Notes: generated from the sequence alone by a model not told the origin. A stretch of 64,000 nt of DNA from an uncultured Verrucomicrobiae bacterium (GCA_963762565.1 CAVXLD010000007.1:1-64000), one strand, 5' to 3'; shown: positions 30,803-41,410, numbered from the stretch's first letter. Numbers and translations are program-made.

Positions 30803-33550
30803 ATGGCAAAATTCAGCATCGGCATCGACCTTGGCACAACAAATTGCGCCATGGCATTCGCGCCTCTCGAAACCGCCAATCCGCATTCGAAGACATTTCT
30901 AATTTCCCAATGGGAAACCTTGACCGGATTTTCAGAGGCTTCGACGCTGCCTTCCTTTCTTTACCTGCCAACGGAACACGAAGTCGCCCAGATTTCGCGA
31001 CAAGGCACAAGGACAGGGGAATGGATCCCAGGTCGCCTTGCAAGAAAGAAAGCGGTCGAATCACCCGGACGTGTGGCACACTCCGCCAAATCGTGGCTGT
31101 GCCATCACTCGGTGGATCGAAGTGCACCCTTTCTCCCCTGGCGATCGGACGAAGTCCCTGTCGAGAAAAGGATTTCACCGATCCGAGCATCCGCGCTTCT
31201 ACTCGAATACCTTCGCGCCGCCTGGGATATGCAGCTCGCCCACGAGGGTGCCCGTTTCGACGAACAAGAGATTACTATCACCGTTCCGGCATCTTTCGAT
31301 GCAGCCGCACAACGCCTCACTTTGGATGCCGCGTCGGAAGCTGGTTTTCCGGAAACGGTCCGCTTGTTGGAGGAACCACAGGCAGCATTTTACTGTTGGC
31401 TGGAGCAGCATCGAGGACGGGGCGGGCTCTGGGAGCGGATTCCTGGCAACCGCGCTTATCACGTACTTGTCATTGATATCGGCGGCGGTACCTCCGATTT
31501 CAGCCTTTTCGAGATCACTCGTCGAAGCGGAACGACGCCTCCGAATATTAAACGAATCGCAGTGGGTGACCATCTGCTTCTTGGCGGCGACAACATCGAT
31601 CTCGCGCTGGCGCACCATGTAGAATCGCGACTGGCAAACGACGGGCTTTCCCCAACCCAATGGAATTTTCTCGTGGCTCGCTGTCGCGATGTGAAGGAGC
31701 GCTGCCTAACCGAGCCCTCCGGAGATTCCTTTCCGGTCTCGATCCCCGGACGCGGATCGAGTCTGCTTGGCGGCGCGCTCAGTGCCAGGATCACGCGTGC
31801 CGAGGTTGAGTCGATCGTGCTGGACGGATTTTTCCCCGAGTGTGATTCCGGTGATCGGCCAGCGCGAACCCAAGCTGGGTTGCGAGAATGGGCCCTCCCT
31901 TACGCTGCGGACAGTGCGGTTACGCGCTACCTCGCCGAGTTTCTTTCTGGTCTCCCGTCTGTAGAGGCGATCCTCTTCAATGGCGGATCGCTCTATCCCG
32001 CAACGTTGCGCCGCCGGCTCCAGCAGCAGATTGCTCGTTGGCAGGGCGGCAGCGAACCGCAAATCCTTGATAATACAACACTGGACCTTGCGGTTGCCAT
32101 TGGAGCCGCAAGCTTTGGCGGGATTATCTATCGACGCGCCCAGCGCATCGAGGCCGGGGCAGCCCGCGCCATTTATCTCGAGGTGCGCAGACGGACCCGG
32201 GAAGAAAACCCGCTTCTTGTCTGTCTTCTGCCCCGGAACGCGCCATCGGAAGAAGAATATCGAATTTCTCAACCTGGGCTAGAGCTTCGGGTAAATCGTC
32301 TGGTTAGGTTCCACCCTTATTACTCGGCGCGAGGGGACCCAAGCCACAAAGCCGGCTCCCTGGTAACTTGGAATGACCGCGATTTCCAACCATTACCTCC
32401 GCTCCAAACCACTGCTCGAATTACGGGTCCCGCTCCAAACGACAACCAGCTTCCAGTCACCCTGACTGCCCGAATGAACGAGCTCGGTTTGCTTCGGGTT
32501 GCCTGCATCAGCGCAAATCCATCAATACAAAAATCATGGTTGCTTGAGTTCGATCTTCGCCCCCACCTGCTTGAGGACGGAGACTCGGAACAGATTGATA
32601 CCGCGGCCGATCTGGGAACTGACCCGACCAAATTGGATGCTGCGCTCCACCGTATCACAACGCTCTTTTCACGGCCTTTGGACGGGCGCGACAAGCTCAC
32701 TGCCAATCATCTTCTCAAAAGCCTCGAAAAGATTCTCGGAATGCCCAGAGCTGATTGGAATCTGCTGCTGATTCGGTCACTGTGGCCCGCTCTTAGCGAG
32801 AGCTTTTCTTGCCGCGAAGAATCAAGCGAACACGAGGAAGCATGGTTGATCCTGGCCGGGTTTCTTCTTCGGCCCGGATTCGGAGGAGAAGGGGATACCG
32901 CGCGGATCGACGACCTGTGGCGGCTTCACACGAGCAAACTCGCTTATCCCGGGAAACGCAGCCAAATTCAGCAGTATATCCTCTGGAGACGGGTTGCCGG
33001 CGGCCTGACCCAGGAGCGACAGGAGCTGATCCTGGCTCCGGAACTGCGAAGCCTGCGCCTAAAGAAAAATCTGCCTGCGGAGTTTGTTCGGCTTGTCGGC
33101 TCACTCGAAAGAATCGGCTCGAACCTGAAAACGGAGATGATCGATCTCTTTCTGGAGACCGCACCCGAACTGGCCATCACGAAACAATACACCGCACCTT
33201 ATCTGGTGGCGCTTGGGCTACTTCTGAATCGTACACCGTTTTACGCCGGTCCGGATTGCGTTGTTCCACCGGTGCAAGTGGAACGAGCATTCGAAGCGTT
33301 ATCGGATCTCGATTGGAGCGCACCCGAATTAGCGGAGGTACAGACCCTTTTTCTCCGCGCCGGACGGATCGTGGACGACCCAGCCATTGATCTGCCAAAA
33401 GGGCTCCGGGAAAAGATCGTTTCGAAACTGGCGAAATCCGGGGTTGCCGAGGTCAAGCTCGGAAGACTCCGCAAGTTTATACCAATCGCCGGATCGGAGC
33501 GCACCAGTCTCTTCGGTGAATCTCTTCCGCCCGGTCTGATGATTAGCTAA
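30803..33550 (+). CDS. Atypical Hsp70-family protein with DUF3731-like C-terminus
   Basis: GIDLGTTNC and DIGGGTSDFS; C-terminal HEEAWLILAGFLLRPGFG, WRRVAGGL and FGESLPPGL. Confidence 0.88.
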   Translation: MAKFSIGIDLGTTNCAMAFAPLETANPHSKTFLISQWETLTGFSEASTLPSFLYLPTEHEVAQISRQGTRTGEWIPGRLARKKAVESPGRVAHSAKSWLCHHSVDRSAPFLPWRSDEVPVEKRISPIRASALLLEYLRAAWDMQLAHEGARFDEQEITITVPASFDAAAQRLTLDAASEAGFPETVRLLEEPQAAFYCWLEQHRGRGGLWERIPGNRAYHVLVIDIGGGTSDFSLFEITRRSGTTPPNIKRIAVGDHLLLGGDNIDLALAHHVESRLANDGLSPTQWNFLVARCRDVKERCLTEPSGDSFPVSIPGRGSSLLGGALSARITRAEVESIVLDGFFPECDSGDRPARTQAGLREWALPYAADSAVTRYLAEFLSGLPSVEAILFNGGSLYPATLRRRLQQQIARWQGGSEPQILDNTTLDLAVAIGAASFGGIIYRRAQRIEAGAARAIYLEVRRRTREENPLLVCLLPRNAPSEEEYRISQPGLELRVNRLVRFHPYYSARGDPSHKAGSLVTWNDRDFQPLPPLQTTARITGPAPNDNQLPVTLTARMNELGLLRVACISANPSIQKSWLLEFDLRPHLLEDGDSEQIDTAADLGTDPTKLDAALHRITTLFSRPLDGRDKLTANHLLKSLEKILGMPRADWNLLLIRSLWPALSESFSCREESSEHEEAWLILAGFLLRPGFGGEGDTARIDDLWRLHTSKLAYPGKRSQIQQYILWRRVAGGLTQERQELILAPELRSLRLKKNLPAEFVRLVGSLERIGSNLKTEMIDLFLETAPELAITKQYTAPYLVALGLLLNRTPFYAGPDCVVPPVQVERAFEALSDLDWSAPELAEVQTLFLRAGRIVDDPAIDLPKGLREKIVSKLAKSGVAEVKLGRLRKFIPIAGSERTSLFGESLPPGLMIS

Positions 33551-33699
33551 CGCGTACGCCTTGACCCGGAACCGAACCTCAGGCCGAAGCTTTCAAGCTC
33601 CACCTCGAGGATGTCGGCGAGTTGACCCCTGGAAGGAGGGATGCACACCGCGCGATCCGTATCTACCGCTGAACCCATGGGGATTAGGATCCCGATTCT

Positions 33700-33843
33700 G
33701 GTCTAAACCCCGGCACGAGAAGCTTCTGGATGACACCGAAGCTCTCCTCTATTGTGATCATCAATTTGATCGCCAATTTGTCATTTCTTTATCATAAATC
33801 CGACAAACACGCGGTGACTTGCTTGACTGATCCTGATCATCTC
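33700..33843 (+). repeat. Dispersed repeat module A (near-duplicate of 34588-34733)
   Basis: Direct near-identical copy flanking the low-complexity tract. Confidence 0.8.
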
Positions 33844-34587
33844 GTGGGGGGGGGGGTGGGTGGGGTGGGTGGGGGGTGGGGGGTTGTTGGGTGAGTGGGT
33901 TGTTAGTGTGTGGGGGGGTGGGGGGGTGAGAAATATGTGTGTTGAGAGTGGTTGTGGTTGGTTGTTGTTGGGAGAAGGTTAGTTTGAGGTAGAGGGTGAG
34001 TGATTTAGATGAAAAAAATAGGGGTAAAGGTAGAGATTTTTTTTGTTGAGTTTGGTGTTAGGAGAGAGAGTGTAGTGATAGTTTCTATGTGAAAGGATTT
34101 AATTGTTAGATTGTGAGGGATGATGTTTTGTTGGGTGCATGGCATAAAAAAGGGTGTGAAAAAGTGAATGAAGGAGGTGAGAAGAGAATGGTGTGAGATT
34201 TGGGGTGTTATGTGCTGGTGTGGCTAGTTATGGTATGATTGCGATGGATATCTCTGTGGTGGCGAGTAGGAAGAGCGTGTATGTGACTGTGGTTTGTGTT
34301 GGTTTGTGGTGGGTAGTGGTTGTGTTTTTTGAGGGTTTCTACTTGGTTTTCGACTGTATTTAGATAAGAGGGAGAGGAGAGATTTCTGGGTATGTTAGTG
34401 TTTGTGAAGTTTCTTGGTTATATGACTGCTGTGTTTCGCGACGTCTTTTTCGCTAAGTTCGATGATTGGTTTAAAGAGCGACACGGTACATTTAGAGGTA
34501 CTTTGGTAGACACTTTTTACAATGTGTTGCTAAGTTGTTATAGGTTAACAACGAAGAGGTGTCGCGAACAGCACGCGAGCTCTTTGC
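33844..34587. other. G/T-rich, C-poor low-complexity tract, probable sequencing artefact
   Basis: Abrupt compositional switch to poly-G/GT. Grades back to normal sequence and is flanked by a direct duplication. Confidence 0.7.
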
Positions 34588-35496
34588 GTCAAATCTCGGC
34601 ACGAGTAAGCTTCTGGATGATACCGAAGCTCTCCTCTATTGTGATCATCAATTTGATCGCCAATTTGTCATTTCTTTATCATAAATCCGACAAACCCCGC
34701 GGTGACTCGCATTGACTGATCCTGATCATCTCAAATCCGCTGCCGAGTATCTGCTTCAAGTCGCGCGCAGCTCTGAAGGCCGCCGCTACCGCAAGCAGCC
34801 CAAGATCGACGCATTGAGAGAGTATAAGGACGAGATCCTGGAGGCGCACCGCTGGGCCGCTAGCGCGGCTGTGAGAGGTGAGAAGTGATTAGTGAGAAGT
34901 GAGAGGGGGAGGGGATTGGTGAAACGTGAAAAGTGAAAGGCTGAGAAATGATTAGTGAACGGTGATTGATCAGCGTCCACCGGATCGCACAGATTTTCAG
35001 GGAACGTGGTGTTGATATCTCCGTGCCCCATTTGGTGCGTACCGTCCGGCGTTTTGTCGACGAAGAAGAGCGGGCCGGTAAGGGGGCACCCGCTCCACTC
35101 CATCTAGCGAGTCCTATGGCAAAGGAACGCCAACCGGAATCGTCTGCCGCTGAAGCAACGAAGCCAAAGGCCCCGGTCACGTACCAGGTTTCTGAGCAAC
35201 CCAGCAGCAAAGTCCAGGAGGAGGAATTTGCGAAGCAATTGCGGCTGGCGCGCTACCTCGCCGCGGGAGGCTCGCAGCCATCGCGGCCGCTAGAGGTGGC
35301 TCGCCAGCCAAGAACGCCTAAACGAGATCGACCCATTGCAAAGGCGGAGGCTAAAACCAAGGCGGAAAGGCTGGCTAAGAAAGCTCGGGAGGAAGAATTG
35401 GCGAAAGAAAGGCGGCGGGCGGGACGGGTGGGTCAGAAGTTGCCTTCATCTGGTTCGGGGCGAGGGGAGAAGGAGCGATCGCGGCCCAGTCGTTAG
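34588..35496 (+). repeat. Dispersed repeat copy A-B-heptamer-D1 (split StbA/TraK-like gene)
   Basis: TDPDHLKSAAEY..KIDALREYKDEILEAHR, heptamer array 34871-34968, then ORF 34966-35496. Confidence 0.88.
34966..35496 (+). CDS. Repeat-borne basic protein, C-terminal half of StbA/TraK-like HTH protein
   Basis: Paralogous ORFs at 43531-44043 and 51095-51625 share HRIAQIFRERGVDISVPHLVRTVRRF. Confidence 0.5.
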   Translation: MISVHRIAQIFRERGVDISVPHLVRTVRRFVDEEERAGKGAPAPLHLASPMAKERQPESSAAEATKPKAPVTYQVSEQPSSKVQEEEFAKQLRLARYLAAGGSQPSRPLEVARQPRTPKRDRPIAKAEAKTKAERLAKKAREEELAKERRRAGRVGQKLPSSGSGRGEKERSRPSR

Positions 35497-35932
35497 ATTA
35501 ATTAAAAGCTGGTCCATAAATAACCGCGACTTCGACCGGGCTACAGAAGCCGGAAAGGGAAGTAGAAAGCTCGAAGGAGAAGGGAAGACCGACTCCCGCA
35601 AATGGCGAGCGACATCTAAAGCCCAATCCCTCGCGGGATCGGCTTCCGGATACGCAAAGGGACTCAATAGAGTCCCTTTTGTAGTGGCTCCTCGACAACG
35701 CCGCTAAAATCGTTCCGCAAGGTTTACGCCTTGAGAACCCGTGCACCGGCCGATACTACTTTCTCACGCTGCCTCTAATTGCGATTGTTGCAGCTGCAAC
35801 CGCCAAGAGCGCCGAGATGATCAGCGCGGCGCGCAGTCCGGACAAGTCCTGGGCCGCCCCAGCTTTTCCGTGGTTACCGGCGCCGCGAGGGCAGCTGGTG
35901 TTACCTAACAGCTTCTGTAACCAGGCCGGGGG

Positions 35933-36847
35933 TCAATGAATGTCCGGTGACAACAGAAGCGCGCGCTCCTCCGGGGCTCGTCCGGTCGCGACGAGCCAGC
36001 AACCCGTCAGCGCGCCGGCCTTCGGCTCGAGAATGGGGAGGCCTGTTTTTTTGGAAAGTAACGCGCGTAGAGGCGAGACGAGACCACCCGCCGCGAAAAG
36101 TGGCACATCCGGACCCGCGATGACGGCAATCAACGCCGCAAGATGCTCGACCGCGCGATCCCGTATGCGTCGAGCAGCCTCATCGCCCGCGACAGCCTGT
36201 TCGAGCACCAACGGCGCGAGTGCGGCCAGGCGGTCCGGGCCGAGGTCCCGCATCCATCCCGCGCGCAGCTTCTCGACGCCGCCGATCGCGCGAAGAGTCT
36301 CGCGGCTGAGCGCGTCTTTCGGCACAACGCCGTCGATTGCGGCGAAACAATGGCGCAACGCCTTCCGGCCAATCCAACTCCCCCCTCCCCGATCCCCGCC
36401 GATCCATCCCCATGCACCGCGCTGGATCGAAAGGCCATTGGCGTACAACCGATGTCCAGCGACGCCCGTGCCAATGATCAACAGACTGCAAGGCGCCCCG
36501 AAGTCCGCTCCGATGAGTGCCGCATACCCATCGCTCATCAAGCAAGACCGCACGAAGGGTGGACAAGCGGCCAAAAAGTCCTTGCCGACGTCGATGTAGG
36601 CTCCAGCTGCGCCAACCGCAAAGACGACCCCTTCAAACTGGTCCTTGGGTCGGTCGATAATAGAGCAGCAGTGCCTCCACAGATCGACGACGCTCGCAGC
36701 AGCACCCTCCAGATTCGTCGATGGATTGCATGGACCTCCCTTCGCCTCGGCGAACACTGTTCCCTCGATGTCCACGAACCGTGCTCGGCTGCGGGAGCCG
36801 CCGCCGTCCACGCAGAAGTATAATTCGCCTTTTCCAGCTTGGATCAT
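35933..36847 (-). CDS. BadF/BadG/BcrA/BcrD-type N-acetylglucosamine kinase-like protein
   Basis: CVDGGGSRSR, GPCN, SDG, IIGTG and GAWGWIGGDRGGGSWIG. Confidence 0.85.
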   Translation of the reverse strand: MIQAGKGELYFCVDGGGSRSRARFVDIEGTVFAEAKGGPCNPSTNLEGAAASVVDLWRHCCSIIDRPKDQFEGVVFAVGAAGAYIDVGKDFLAACPPFVRSCLMSDGYAALIGADFGAPCSLLIIGTGVAGHRLYANGLSIQRGAWGWIGGDRGGGSWIGRKALRHCFAAIDGVVPKDALSRETLRAIGGVEKLRAGWMRDLGPDRLAALAPLVLEQAVAGDEAARRIRDRAVEHLAALIAVIAGPDVPLFAAGGLVSPLRALLSKKTGLPILEPKAGALTGCWLVATGRAPEERALLLSPDIH

Positions 36848-36849
36848 GC

Positions 36850-37010
36850 GCAAAAATCAGCGTTTTCAAAAGCGCCGGACGGGCCACGGGTCTGGCGAAC
36901 CAGCTCGGGAATGTTGAGCAGGTTGAGAATGCCGCCACCACGGTCAGGATCAACGCGCCGATAATGGTGCCCGAATATCCACCGCGACCTTCCGCCGGCG
37001 TCCGCAACGC
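36850..37010 (-). pseudogene. Sugar ABC permease C-terminal fragment
   Basis: GRGGYSGTIIGALILTVV..LNLLNIP with no upstream gene body. Confidence 0.55.
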
Positions 37011-37475
37011 GCCTCATCGAAGGTCTAAAGACAGATGCTCCAATGTTCGACTGTAATCCCATGTGAGCCCTCATTAGAGAACCGTTGCAACGCGTGTCAA
37101 ATTTGAATGCCACGAAGCCGCCCTTCGATCCCGGAAGCAGGCTACCAACACCGGCAGGATAGCGGGCCTAGAAATTATTTTCAAGACTTGCCAACGATAT
37201 GAAAAAACTTGATGAGCCGCTTCCTGCTGCCTATGGTCCGCTCGTTCGCGTCATTTTGCGCGCGACATCAATCACCAGGGAGAAATTAAGATGGCAGTGC
37301 GGCGAACCGGGGTTTCCGTGGTGTTAGCGGTTGGACTTTGCGGACTGAAGCTCGCGATTTCGGCACGCGTTCTCGCCCAGGGCAAGAAGGAGGCGCAAGG
37401 ACTCGAGGCTGGCTACGAGAAACCGGTCGGCCCTACTGCTCCGGGCAGCATCCTGCCAAAAAGGGAGTCCACCTG

Positions 37476-38411
37476 ATGGCCGTCTCGCCCGCAGAGTATC
37501 GGGCCCTCATGTCAGAGCTCGAGCATCTGATCTCCGAGGAGCGAAATCGGAATACTATGGAAATCGACCTGCTATCCACTGCAGAGCTTCTACGCGCCAT
37601 TAATCGCGAGGACAGATCGGTGCCGGATGCGGTCGGAAAAGTGATCGCGGAAATTACTCGCGCCGTTGACCGCATTGTTGATGCCTTAGGGAAGGGCGGG
37701 CGGCTCATCTATATGGGGGCGGGCACTAGCGGACGGTTGGGCGTTCTAGATGCTGCTGAATGTCCCCCGACCTTCAGCGTTCCCAGTGACATGGTAATAG
37801 GTTTGATTGCCGGCGGCGCGGATGCTCTTGCGAGAGCAACAGAAGGCGCCGAGGACGATTCCGAAGAGGGCGTGGCGGCGCTAAAGGGCGTCGGCCTAAC
37901 CCCAAAGGACGTTGTCGTCGGCATTGCCGTCAGCGGCCGAACACCGTATGTAGTGGGCGGGCTGACCTATGCCAAAGCCCTTGGCGCGACGACGGTCGCC
38001 CTGTCTTGCAATCAAGACTCCGCCATCGCGCACATCGCCGACATCGCTATCTTGCCTGTAGTCGGGCCCGAGGTTCTGGCTGGCTCGACCCGTTTGAAAT
38101 CCGGTACGGCGCAAAAGCTTGTGCTCAATATGCTTACGACTGCGAGCATGATTCGCCTGGGAAAGTGCTACCAGAACCTGATGGTTGACCTTAATCCGAC
38201 CAACATGAAGCTCATTGCCCGGGCGGCGCGCATCGTCATGCTGGCAACGGGTTGCGCAGCGGAGCAGGCCCAAGAGGCGCTCAAGCGGACAGACAACGAT
38301 GTCAAGCTCGCGATCCTGATGACGGTTACTGGTATGCCTATCGAAGAGGCTAAGTTGGCTCTACGTAGCGCAGCCGGCTTCCTTCGTAAGGCGATTGCTG
38401 ACTCGATCTAA
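37476..38411 (+). CDS. murQ: N-acetylmuramic acid 6-phosphate etherase
   Basis: [55 protein letters not shown] and NLMVD. Confidence 0.95.
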   Translation: MAVSPAEYRALMSELEHLISEERNRNTMEIDLLSTAELLRAINREDRSVPDAVGKVIAEITRAVDRIVDALGKGGRLIYMGAGTSGRLGVLDAAECPPTFSVPSDMVIGLIAGGADALARATEGAEDDSEEGVAALKGVGLTPKDVVVGIAVSGRTPYVVGGLTYAKALGATTVALSCNQDSAIAHIADIAILPVVGPEVLAGSTRLKSGTAQKLVLNMLTTASMIRLGKCYQNLMVDLNPTNMKLIARAARIVMLATGCAAEQAQEALKRTDNDVKLAILMTVTGMPIEEAKLALRSAAGFLRKAIADSI

Positions 38412-38805
38412 CAACAATGAGGATCAACGGACCATGGAAAGTCCAGGGGGCCAAGGGTCAGGTGCTAAGTTTCAAGTTTCAGAATTCCGCTCGCTCCTGC
38501 ATCCTCGAATCCCCATCTCCCATAGTATGGGATAGAAAGGTTTATATCATCGACGCGAAAAGCGGAAGCAAGGCTGAAAAAGCCTGCAGACCATGCCGAC
38601 GACTGAAGAAAGGAAGGTTGAGGGAAGGACTCCGGTTACCTACCAGTTCCTGACCAGCCTTCCAGTCGGGTCCGGGAGCAGAAGTTGGCGAAGGAATGGC
38701 GCCGCGGCCGGCAGGCGGTTCACGAATCTGACCTAACGTTCATCCGAAATTGACTCAGCGGACTACTCAGGCCCTCAGATTTTTTTTTGAAAAAATTAGC
38801 CTGAC

Positions 38806-39051
38806 TTACCCGGTCTGACTTTCTATTTCGCGAAAGGTTCTCAACTTCAGTTCCACGCCCGTGATCTGGTCCATCTGGTCCGGACCAACAACCTCGATTT
38901 GCCCAGGCGCCCTTTCGAAAACGAGTCGCATGGAGGGGGTGACCCAAACGTGCTCGCGAGTTCTCACGTAGATCGAGTCACCGCCAACTCGGTGTATGGT
39001 AAACGGCTGCCATTCTCTGGCTCTTAGAAGTTCCCGAATTCGTTCGATCAT
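38806..39051 (-). CDS. Small hypothetical protein
   Basis: MIERIRELLRAREWQPFTIH.. resembles, from memory only, small proteins common in PVC bacteria. Confidence 0.6.
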   Translation of the reverse strand: MIERIRELLRAREWQPFTIHRVGGDSIYVRTREHVWVTPSMRLVFERAPGQIEVVGPDQMDQITGVELKLRTFREIESQTG

Positions 39052-39618
39052 ACGATATCGCTACGCCCGGAAGGGAATTCCAACAAGGATGGCGGCTTCC
39101 GTGACCCGAAAACTCGCGCAGCAATCACGACGAGCTTTTGGTCGGTTTATACGAGCAGCAGGGGCATCTTCTTTATTTTGGATCGGTTGACGTGGATTCT
39201 GAGCAAAAGCGCGAGGGACCCCAAAGGACAAAGTGATTCGCATTGACTGATCTTGATCATCTCAGTCCGCTCGCCGATTTTTCCGATCCTGGCTTCCACA
39301 ATGGCCGTGACGGCTTTCTCCAAGCATCTCGTGCTCCTTGCCGGTCAGCTTCTCGTATCTTGACGACTCCGGGGATCTGCACACGGATGGGAGTCTCCAA
39401 GAAACGATCGATTGATTCCCGCAACTCTCCGAAGCGCTAGCCATTTTCGACTTGAAAAGCTCCGTACTTCTAGCTTGACAAAGTCTTTCCGTAACTCATT
39501 TCTCTTGCCGAACGCCAAACTGGGGTGACAACGATGCGGTGTAGGCTCTACGAGTTGACCAAGTCATGACCAGAGAATCTCCGTTCTGCAGCGAATCAAT
39601 AGAGGACTCCCGACCGGC

Positions 39619-40605
39619 ATGATCACCGAAGTGCAACCGAACGAAACCTTGGACGGTCGATTGCAAATCGAGGGCGTGATTAGCCGCAGCGGAATGGCAT
39701 CCATTTACAAGGCAAAGGATCTTATGACCGGCCGGGCTGTTGCGGTGAAGATTCCCTACCAACAGTTTGAATCAGATCCGGCTTCGTTCGCGCGTTTTCA
39801 GCGCGAGGCGGAGATTGGCAAAAAGCTCAACCACCCTAATATCCTTCGACTCCTGGATGTCGGTGAACATAGCCGCCCCTACATTGTGATGGAGTATTTA
39901 GAGGGTAAGACCCTGGACCGGGTGATGAACAAAATCCCCTCGCTGCCGATTTCGGGTGCCGCCCAAATCGCGAGCCAGGTCTGCGGCGCACTCGCCTACA
40001 TGCACGAGCATAAGATCGTGCATCGCGACCTTAAGCCCCAGAACATTATGATCTGCAACGACGGGTCGCTGCGGATCATGGACTTCGGCATTGCGAAGTC
40101 CACCGACATGCGGCGGATTACCTTTGCCGGCTTCAGCCCGGCCATGGGCACCCCTGATTATATGGCCCCGGAACAAGTCCAAGGAAAGCGGGGTGACGAA
40201 CGCACCGATATTTACAGCCTCGGCGCGGTGCTTTACGAAATGGCAACAGGCTCGGTCCCGTTCGAAGGCGAAAATCCATTCATCGTGATGAACTCGCGGA
40301 TTACGGGTGATCCAATCGCGCCGCGAAAGCTCAATCGCGAGATTCCGAAAGAAATCGAGGAAATCATCCTGCACGCCATGGAGCGTGAACCACATCGTCG
40401 CTACGCATCGGCTGCCGCCATGAAAGCGGAGCTGGATAACCCTGATGCAGTGAAGCTGACTGGTCGGCATCAACACTTGCAATCGGTCCAGGGTTGGAAA
40501 ACGCGTTGGCAGGGCTCCAAGCCCATTATTCTATCCGCGCTCGTCTCGGTGCTCGTGTTCTTGATAGGGTTTATTCTGGTTCGCTGCCACGGTGCTCCCC
40601 ATTAG
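39619..40605 (+). CDS. Hanks-type Ser/Thr protein kinase with C-terminal TM
   Basis: VAVK, HRDLKPQN, DFG, GTPDYMAPE and DIYSLG. Confidence 0.95.
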   Translation: MITEVQPNETLDGRLQIEGVISRSGMASIYKAKDLMTGRAVAVKIPYQQFESDPASFARFQREAEIGKKLNHPNILRLLDVGEHSRPYIVMEYLEGKTLDRVMNKIPSLPISGAAQIASQVCGALAYMHEHKIVHRDLKPQNIMICNDGSLRIMDFGIAKSTDMRRITFAGFSPAMGTPDYMAPEQVQGKRGDERTDIYSLGAVLYEMATGSVPFEGENPFIVMNSRITGDPIAPRKLNREIPKEIEEIILHAMEREPHRRYASAAAMKAELDNPDAVKLTGRHQHLQSVQGWKTRWQGSKPIILSALVSVLVFLIGFILVRCHGAPH

Positions 40606-40690
40606 TTGTGCTTCGTGGGCTGATGCTAGAGAAACTGACCGCTAACGGACGGGTCGATCTAAAGTCCAATCTCGGGCGAAAGGAGGTGGG

Positions 40691-41410
40691 TTAGCGGAGG
40701 GCGAACAAGCCCCAGTTTGTCGCTGATTGGGCTTCAATCGGATGAACGTCGGGGATGAATTGCTTCATGAAGCTCGTAGGATCGGTGGACGGCTTGTTCT
40801 GAGCTCTATCCGTTCGCTGCATCTCGGCAATTTCGATGCCAAGCCTTTCTAGTAAAGCGCATCTTAAGAGGTTGTCTCTCTCAGCGCGAGTCAGGTTTGG
40901 GTATCGCTTTGCCATCTTCACACCGGCTTCTTTTTGGCTGATCTTTCGCTCGAACATTAGATTTGCGATTGGACCAGCGGCGAGTCGCTTGTCGTAATCC
41001 TGTCTGTCCAGGGCTCGGAAAGTCTCGGAAGCCAAATCGGCGTAGATCTCTTCGTCTGGCTTTTGAAACTGCGGAATCTTCATACGCTCCAGCGCCCAAT
41101 TCACCATGATCGCGCCTCTGGCGATTTCTTGGGTGACTCTGTTCAGGAGGGTTCGGTAACTGCTGTTTTCACCGATCCTATACGGAAACAGATTTTGGGC
41201 ATCGGCTCTCAAGATCTCGGCTAGGGCCATGGCTGCCTGGTGCGTGTTTTGTGCTTCGGGAACATACACCGTATAGATTAAATCGCGCTCTAGCCACAGG
41301 AACAGGTCGGTATTGATGGATTTGTCCGCGTTTGTGACACGGATAGAGAGCTTCTCGGAATCGAAGGGTTCGATTTGGAAACTCGTTTTCTCAAATTGAA
41401 AGGTTTCCAT
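40691..41410 (-). CDS. Hypothetical protein
   Basis: 239-aa uninterrupted ORF, no recognised motif. Confidence 0.55.
   Translation of the reverse strand: METFQFEKTSFQIEPFDSEKLSIRVTNADKSINTDLFLWLERDLIYTVYVPEAQNTHQAAMALAEILRADAQNLFPYRIGENSSYRTLLNRVTQEIARGAIMVNWALERMKIPQFQKPDEEIYADLASETFRALDRQDYDKRLAAGPIANLMFERKISQKEAGVKMAKRYPNLTRAERDNLLRCALLERLGIEIAEMQRTDRAQNKPSTDPTSFMKQFIPDVHPIEAQSATNWGLFALR

Noticed and set aside
30813..33504. Many overlapping ORFs inside the Hsp70 gene (and similar shadow ORFs elsewhere)
   Set aside because: Alternative-frame products of GC-rich coding DNA with no motifs.
34392..34715. 107-aa ORF
   Set aside because: Mostly within the low-complexity, probably artefactual tract.
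35787..35800. Palindrome GTTGCAGCTGCAAC as an extra parS
   Set aside because: It is 14 bp rather than the 16-bp spacing and falls in a Val-Ala-Ala-Ala-Thr coding stub.
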